A DNA stretch of 64,000 nucleotides from an uncultured Lentisphaerales bacterium (GTDB taxonomy: Bacteria > Verrucomicrobiota > Lentisphaeria > JABSQK01 > UBA12247), in NCBI GenBank assembly GCA_943788985.1, contig CALSSJ010000032.1, positions 1 to 64,000 on the forward strand, given 5' to 3'. Below the pieces are notes generated by a model, which was given only the letters and a program-made list of their open reading frames with translations, was not told the origin of the DNA and searched no databases. The first letter of the stretch is position 1, and the number at the start of each line of letters is the position of its first letter. Shown here one piece after another: positions 57,391 to 64,000 of this stretch. A program made the translations under genes and the position numbers.

Positions 57391-59195
57391 GGGATTCAGC
57401 GCTTTCTGCTAGTGGCGCGCGGCCCTCTCGCAGTTCATAACGAAGTCGCCAACGACGTTCTCCGCCGGACTCCGTGCACCATAAGGCAAGCGTACCTATT
57501 TCACTGAGTTCCGCGTGCAGATTGACCGGAATCAAGCTGCCGGCGCCATCACCTTCGTCCACATTCAGGTGAGTGGAGAGGCTGGGGAGTTCTGTGATAC
57601 CAGCCATGTCTGTGATGTTGGGAATCGTGGATCCCGCCGGGTCTTCCTGGCGGTCCGCAGAGGCGAAGAAGCGAAACTCGGAAGAGGCACCGACGAATAC
57701 ACCTAAGCCCTGGCTAGGAATATCCAGTTCGGTTCCTTCCTCCAGGCCAAAGGGGATCACGCAAAGTCCCTCCATCGGGGGCTCGTAGCCGGGGATCGCT
57801 GGCATGGTTGATTCGATTCCGACATAGTAGCTTCGCGCACTGCCTGCGCGAATTCGGATCGCGTTGCCGCGCCGTACGTTTCCATACCAGCAGGCGCCAT
57901 AGGCAACTGCGAGATCCGGGTGGGTGCCAGCGAGCTGTGTGACCTCAGCGCCGTGCCAATCGGAAAGGACGTCAAGAAGCCGGGCGCGAATGGCTGGTGC
58001 CTTGCTGACTCCGCCGTTAAACAGCACGGCGGCTGGCGAGGCGCAGTCTTCTCCCGAATTGCGAGATACAAATGCGGCGAGATGCCTGGTCATGGCCGGA
58101 TCACTTGCGTATTGTAGGCCGAAAGAACGGAGCCCTGCGCGCCTAGCTTGTGCCGGCTCCGCATCTACTGCACATGCGGGGAAAAAACCGTCCAAGAGGA
58201 TGCCTTGCGCCTCTTCAGGTGTAACCTGGACAGAGATGGTGCCACCGATCAGGCTGCTTCCCCGTCCGAGTACCGTCAGCGTCTGCGGTTCCGTCGCGCC
58301 GTCTCGCAGGTAGTTCTTCTTTTGCCTCGCGGCAGGCATGTGTCAGGCCCGCGAGTTGGCGGGCATCGAGCTTCATATTGCGTTCACGCTGCAATTTCGC
58401 TGCTACGCTGTAGGCGAGAGCCAGGTCAAGGTTATCGCCGCCAAGTAGAATGTGGTTACCGACTGCGATCCGCTCCAGCCCGAGATTCCCGTCCTCGTTG
58501 GTGACCTGAATCAAGCTAAAGTCTGTGGTCCCACCACCGATATCGCACACCAGAATCTGCTGACCTGCTTCGATCTCATCGCGCCAGTTCTCGCCGTGCT
58601 CGTGCAGCCAAGCATAGAACGCAGCTTGAGGTTCCTCCACGAGGGTGACAGATAGTCCGGCTTCCTCTGCGGCCATGACCGTCAGGTCCCGAGCGACTGC
58701 GTCAAAGGAAGCTGGGACGGTCAGTATGATCTCCTGAAACTCAAAGCGATCTTCGCTATCCATCGTCTGGTTCCAGGCATCACGCAGATGGCCAAGAAGG
58801 CGCTTTGCGGATTCAACCGGTGAAATCTTGAGCTGGCTCTCCTCGCGGTCCCAGGGCAGGATGTCGGCGAGTCGGTCCACGTTGCCGGCACAGAGCCACG
58901 ACTTGGCCGAACTCACCACCTGTGTGGGGGACATCGCCCCAAGCTTTCTTGCGTGCTGACCACAGCAAAAGCTGCGCTCGGTTGCCCACGGCAGGTCCAG
59001 GCTGCCTTGGGCGAACTGCCCTTCATTCGGCAGGTAGAGAAACGACGGGAGCGTATCCGCGGTGCCCACCTCCCCTGAATTCGATACCTGGGGAATCTGG
59101 AAGAGCTGCGGCTCTGGTACCTCTGCCTGCTGGTCAAGGTAGGCAACTGCCACATTGGTGGTTCCTAGGTCGATCCCGATCACGTATCTCGACAT
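57383..59195 (-). CDS. Atypical Hsp70-family protein, split by a +1 frameshift at ~58309-58310
   Basis: GIDLGTTN, TVPASFD, DIGGGTTDFS in ORF 58215..59195; LFNGG, DLAVAYGA in ORF 57383..58339. Removing one base gives KEELLRDGATE. Confidence 0.88.
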
Positions 59196-59198
59196 TTG

Positions 59199-59724
59199 TT
59201 AGCCGCCCACTTCTACTTCAGCTGGCTGAATGATCGTGGTGTTAACTGCACCCGTACGCTGGGGAAGGTTCACCTTGTCTGCACGCCAGCCGCGATGGGC
59301 GAGCGCCCCCTTATACGGGCCTGATTCAGGAAGATTTCCCGTGAGCCGTAACTCTGTCGCGTCAAACCCGTCGGGAATCTCCACCTGGCTCTGTTCGTCC
59401 TCGGAGCGGACCGGCTGGATGGAAAAGTGGTGGTTCAATGCTGCTTGGCAATCTCCATGAATCTGGCGGACTGCCGCCCCGATCTGATCATCAGCGTATC
59501 CATCGATGGACTCCTGGAGAAAATCAATCAGCCGTCCCTCGCGTTGCAGTAACAGCAACGTATACATCGCACCTTCCTCGAATCGCTCGGGCATCAGTTC
59601 TGGCTTTAGTGGGGCCGCCGGCTTCGGCGTCGGCGTTGGGTGCCAGGGGAAGAGACGATTTCGGAACGAGCTCCTCGCCTTTCAAAACCATCATAAACGC
59701 TTTCCACGCTTGTAGCAATTTCAT
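59199..59724 (-). CDS. DUF2760-type protein, +1 frameshift at ~59638-59649
   Basis: LLLLQREGRLIDFLQE, IGAAVRQIH, LTGN, HRGW, PAEVEV; N-terminus MKLLQAWKAF is in the adjacent frame. Confidence 0.8.
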
Positions 59725-59843
59725 CGTCTTTGTCCTAGTGCAGATTTCCGCGAAGAGGTTAAATTGCCCGCAATCGCATTGCTTTCAATTAAGGTGCCCT
59801 TGACCATGAGCTGCATTATCGCCTATTTCGGGATTGTTGGCGC

Positions 59844-60908
59844 GTGACTGAGGCTGATTCGCTGCGCGGATGGATCTTAGCGCTCCTGCAGGAGTTTGAT
59901 CAACTTCGGCGCAAATTCCCTATTATCAAGACAATGCGCCCTCCTAATTTGGCAATTAGCGCGCATTTGACTCGTGACTGGGGAAGTTGGGATGAGGATA
60001 AGAGATTGTTGACCTTGTCTCGACGCCTGTTCAAAGCGGCGAATTGGGATGATGTTGTCGCTGTGTTTCACCATGAATTAGCACACCAGATTGTTTCAGA
60101 ACATTTTGGGATTCGCAATGCGCGACCCCATGGCGAAGGCATTTTCGCGAGCGTGCCACCTGATTGAGATTGAGCCGGAGACCACCTTCACACCACGGGG
60201 GAAGAGCGCGGTACCTAAGCGTATCGAGAAGCTATTGGCTCTCGGTCAATCCGCCAATAGTCACGAAGCAGAGCTGGCTCTGGAAAAAGCCCATGAGCTG
60301 GCCTTGCGCCAAAACCTCACATATACGCAGGGATCGCCTCGCTCAGCTGCATACGGATTTCGGCTAGTGGGCCCTGCTCGGCAGCGACTCCCTCGCTATT
60401 TCCACGCCGTTGGCAATATCGTCTCAGACTTCTACTTCGTGCAGTACATCGCGAACTGCTACTACGCAGAGCACCATGTTTTCGCTGGAAAGCCTGTCCG
60501 TCAGATTGAGCTGTATGGGACTTTCGAGAATCTTGACATGGCGGAATACGTCTTCTACTTCCTGATCAACAAGGGGAGAAGAACTCTGGAACCAGTACAG
60601 GCAGACGCACACCGCGGCTGGCGTGCGTAAGAAGTTGTCCTTTCTGGACGGCCCTCTATCATGGTTTTCAAGGTAAACTTCGGGAGCGTGCCGAGGATCT
60701 GGAGAGCCGGTGCGCACTAGTCTGGTTGGGAGACCCTGGCCTTGATGCATTCTACAAGCAGAGAAACCCGACGATGAGTACTTCCAGAGCAAGAGCTCGC
60801 CGCGATCATCAGGCAATGCTGGCCGGAACAGAGCAGGGACGAAGACTTGAGATTGCACCTGGAGTGAGGGATGCTCCCCGCGGAGTCATCGGCTCTCTAA
60901 AGGAATGA
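59844..60908 (+). CDS. SprT-like zinc metalloprotease fused to a DUF2786-type domain; three +1 frameshifts (~60138, 60573-60576, 60652-60654)
   Basis: WGSW, HELAHQ...PHG, then IEKLLALGQSANSHEAELA; removing three bases yields one continuous frame ending ALVWLGDPGLDAFYKQRNP. Confidence 0.75.
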
Positions 60909-61514
60909 CCACTTCAAAGGCGTTGGTAAAGCGTCTCAGAACCATCTCTGCTGTACTCTCCGCCTGGCTGCTCAGCGTCGCCACGATCTGGGGAATCGTT
61001 TATCTGTTCAAATGGCCCGCCAGACTCCCGATTCTGGCCGCCGCAGCCTGGCTTCCTGCGTGCGCAATTTTTGCGTTTTGTAGTCAGTATCGAAAGCTCT
61101 ATGTCGCTGGGCATGAGCTGACGCATTGGCTTGTCGCGAAGCTGTTTCGCAGGTATACCGGCCGCTTGCGTATCTTTCAGCATCACGGGGAGCCTGCTGG
61201 TAGGGCGCGTGAATATCTGGATTGCACTGGCCCCGTATTTCGTGCCGTTTTATGCCCTCTGCTGGTGCATTTTGAGCCTGCCGCTTCTTTTTCATAGCAG
61301 TGGTGCTGCAATTCGTGAGGTCGGCATCGGTGTTTCATACGCGCAGCACTGGGTGCTGACGTGTGTGATTTTAAGGCGAGATCTTTCTGATCTGAAGTGC
61401 TTTGGGCGGATGCTCTCCTGGTCCGTGATTCTGTGCATGAATCTACTGGCTCTGCTCGGGGTACTGCTTCTGCCGCGTATTGACCAGACGCTAATCGAGT
61501 TATTCAGGGACTGA
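60905..61514 (+). CDS. Membrane protein with HExxH motif, M50B-like peptidase; +1 frameshift near 61175
   Basis: GHELTH between TMs, then NIWIALAPYFVP and SDL in the next frame; ATGA overlap with the upstream gene. Confidence 0.6.
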
Positions 61515-61572
61515 CACGAAAAGGCAAGGAACTCGAAGCTGCTTCGCTATGAGCCCGGTTTTCGTCGCCGCA

Positions 61573-62057
61573 TCAATAGTTGTGGAAGTTAGGGCGGCTG
61601 CCTACTTTGGCACCTTCAACGTGACCATCGGTAAACAGGACTTTGATCCATGCGTTCGCCGGGGGATTGCCGCTTTGGTCGTAAGCGAGGGAGTTGTCTG
61701 CCGAGCTCTTGTTGTCGTCGCTGAGGCGGGAACCGAGAACTCTTAGTTGGACTGTGTTGCCACGGTCCGTAGATTCGTCTGGCTGGGGCAGCAGACGTAG
61801 ACTTTGCCGTCCACGAGTTAGTCGTTGCGGTTCAGCAGGTTGAAGCTCGTGTCGTGGGCGGTGTCGTGAGGCATGAACCCGGAGTAATCACCAGAGTAAA
61901 TCAGTAAGGCTAGGTCGATGGACTTAAGGTTGCCGGCGCAATTGATCCGCTGGGCCTCCTCACGTGCCCTTGCCATAGCTGGTACAAGTATGGCGATACT
62001 TACGATTACGACCAGCGGTTCGATGAGCATGAAGCTCATCTTCCGTGCGCGGTTCAT
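61573..62057 (-). pseudogene. Decayed tandem copy of the prepilin gene
   Basis: Collinear with 62238..62729 but SFMLIEP replaces GFTLIEL, there is a TAA at 61818-61820, and a further stop and frameshift near 61740. Confidence 0.85.
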
Positions 62058-62158
62058 TTGAATGAGTCTCCGGTTTCGGCAGCTTGATCATTCAGGATAA
62101 TGGTCCGCCTTTCTGCAACCGGGTGAGAAGGGCCGCGATGGTCGAAGGAAACGGGCAC

Positions 62159-62190
62159 AAAAAAGGCGAGGAAACCGAAGTTTCCTCGCC
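62159..62190 (-). terminator. Rho-independent terminator of the prepilin gene
   Basis: ggcgaggaaac-cgaa-gtttcctcgcc, 11-bp stem followed by a U6 tract on the - strand. Confidence 0.85.
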
Positions 62191-62237
62191 CTGATTCCTG
62201 TCAGCCCGAAGGCCGAGGCAGGAATTGGTCTCGGGTG

Positions 62238-62729
<492 letters not shown>

Positions 62730-62892
62730 GTGAATGATCCTCCGTTTGTTTTTGGTTATTGCCCAACATTAGGCATCTGGTCCACAGTATAGAAAACTAA
62801 AATGCCGATTTCACCCCCTTCGACAAAAAAAATGCAATTCTTCTTGGGCCGCCCGGGGCGCGGTTTCAGTCTTCAATGAATTGCCGAGAAGA

Positions 62893-63285
62893 TCAGGAGC
62901 GAGAATTCTGCTTCCTCAGTGTGTCTTCTTTTCGTCGATCATCGCACAGGTGAGTCAGGAGTTCCTGTAACGTCATCTTCATCATACCCGGCGTCACGAC
63001 TGCGACAATCGGCCATGGGCCGTTTTCCCGGACCGAGCGGATGAACGCATGAACCAGTTGCTTGGGGAGAAAAGCCAGGACCACCACTGGCACTCCCAAG
63101 TCACTGAATTCCAGCTTGGCTTCGGTAGTACTGCTAGCAAGTAGCTCCGGAATTGGCGTCTCAAGTTGCGAATAGCTCCACGTGCGCCGTTTGCCAAGCG
63201 AAAGCCCGGTACAGCATCGAGTCAGCCACGCCTCGTCTGCCAAGTCTGATGGAAGTAGGTAGACTCCCGGCTGAGGCTCAGCCAA
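62893..63285 (-). CDS. DUF3783-like protein
   Basis: C-terminal VAVVTP...TLQELLTHL pattern; start overlaps the trxA stop. Confidence 0.55.
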   Translation of the reverse strand: MAEPQPGVYLLPSDLADEAWLTRCCTGLSLGKRRTWSYSQLETPIPELLASSTTEAKLEFSDLGVPVVVLAFLPKQLVHAFIRSVRENGPWPIVAVVTPGMMKMTLQELLTHLCDDRRKEDTLRKQNSRS

Positions 63286-63601
63286 GCGCGTCTTCCAAAG
63301 CTTGGCTCAGCGCGGGCTTGGTGGTCTTTGGGCCTACACCGATCGCTTGAAACACTGGCTCGCCGTCTTTCAGTACGTATACGGCAGGAATGCTGCTCAC
63401 GCCGAACTTCACGGCCAGATCGCGATTGGTGTCAACATCTACTTTGGCCACCACTGCCCGGCCCTCGAATTCTTCGGCCAGTTGGTCGATGATTGGTCCG
63501 ATCTGGCGGCATGGGCCACACCAAGGTGCCCAGAAATCCAGCAGGGCCACGCCGGCGTCTGTTAGTTCGTTGATATTATCAGTCGTGATTTCGATGGCCA
63601 T
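63278..63601 (-). CDS. trxA: Thioredoxin
   Basis: DFWAPWCGPC, KVDVD, SIP. Confidence 0.95.
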   Translation of the reverse strand: MAIEITTDNINELTDAGVALLDFWAPWCGPCRQIGPIIDQLAEEFEGRAVVAKVDVDTNRDLAVKFGVSSIPAVYVLKDGEPVFQAIGVGPKTTKPALSQALEDALG

Positions 63602-63613
63602 ATTTGATCTCCA

Positions 63614-64000
63614 TTAATTTCTTGTGCTTTGCTGTACGCCACGTTGTTCAAACGTGGAAAAATTCCATAGATCTCGGTCGCGCAACTGCTGTAGCTGCAC
63701 ATTGCCCTGTGCCGCTAGCAGCGACTCTGCGATTCGTGGGTGCTCGCTACTCAGGTCCCCAAGCAGCCGCTTGATCCTCGCCCGCTGCAGGTTCGCCTGG
63801 TTGCCGCACAGGTTGCAGGGGATGATCGGATAGCCTTGTTCTCTTGCGAACTTGGCAATGTCTGCCTCGGGCGCATTACACAGCGGCCGGATGACCGTAT
63901 TCCTGCCATCATCGGAGCGAAGCTTCGGCGGCATTGCCGCAATTCGGCCGCTGAACAGCATGTTCATCAGAATGGTTTCGTTGGCGTCTTCGCGATGATG
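63614..64000 (-). CDS. ttcA: tRNA 2-thiocytidine biosynthesis protein, 5'-partial
   Basis: HHREDANET, MPPKLRSDDG, VIRPL, PIIPCNLCG. Confidence 0.9.
   Translation of the reverse strand, partial: HHREDANETILMNMLFSGRIAAMPPKLRSDDGRNTVIRPLCNAPEADIAKFAREQGYPIIPCNLCGNQANLQRARIKRLLGDLSSEHPRIAESLLAAQGNVQLQQLRDRDLWNFSTFEQRGVQQSTRN

Noticed and set aside
58300..58320. Programmed ribosomal frameshift in the Hsp70 gene
   Set aside because: No slippery heptamer is visible, and neighbouring genes show the same kind of +1 indel.

Overview
A GC-rich bacterial chromosomal segment, most likely PVC superphylum and probably Lentisphaerota-like. This placement is inferred from the prepilin family and the FtsZ C-terminal tail. 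About 55 genes are visible. No rRNA, tRNA or CRISPR array was seen. Left to right: a >1,269-aa 'DNA repair ATPase' running off the left edge (missing from the ORF track); an RND adaptor coupled to a receiver-Ser/Thr kinase; an ldcA-like/LolA-like/highly degenerate ftsZ/rseP operon; a TMTC-like glycosyltransferase/bpX4-like/NHL/double-vWA/MoxR operon; a decayed PEP-CTERM-type locus next to an internally deleted IS1634-like element; cvfB, arsR*-acr3, hisG; moaD, a mini-moeB and modABC with a duplicated, Cys-substituted ModA; a structured intergenic region; tatB-like, uxaE, lactonase, ppdK, an RND permease, fabD, two pilT, rhaA; the map-infA-rpmJ-rpsMKD-rpoA-rplQ cluster; MBL hydrolase and FHA; a DUF2760 + two atypical Hsp70 module with divergent metalloproteases; a prepilin gene with a decayed tandem copy; trxA and partial ttcA. 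The best leads are: (1) the DUF2760/Hsp70/Hsp70 module, where DUF2760 looks GrpE-like; (2) an FtsZ lacking key GTPase residues and located outside a dcw cluster; (3) the MoxR-vWA-beta-propeller operon; (4) a ModA domain with three Cys at the ligand cleft; (5) a ~160-nt minus-strand rod RNA candidate. Several single-base frameshifts, six of them within 58.3-61.2 kb, look like sequencing errors. Family names come from motif recognition, not database searches.
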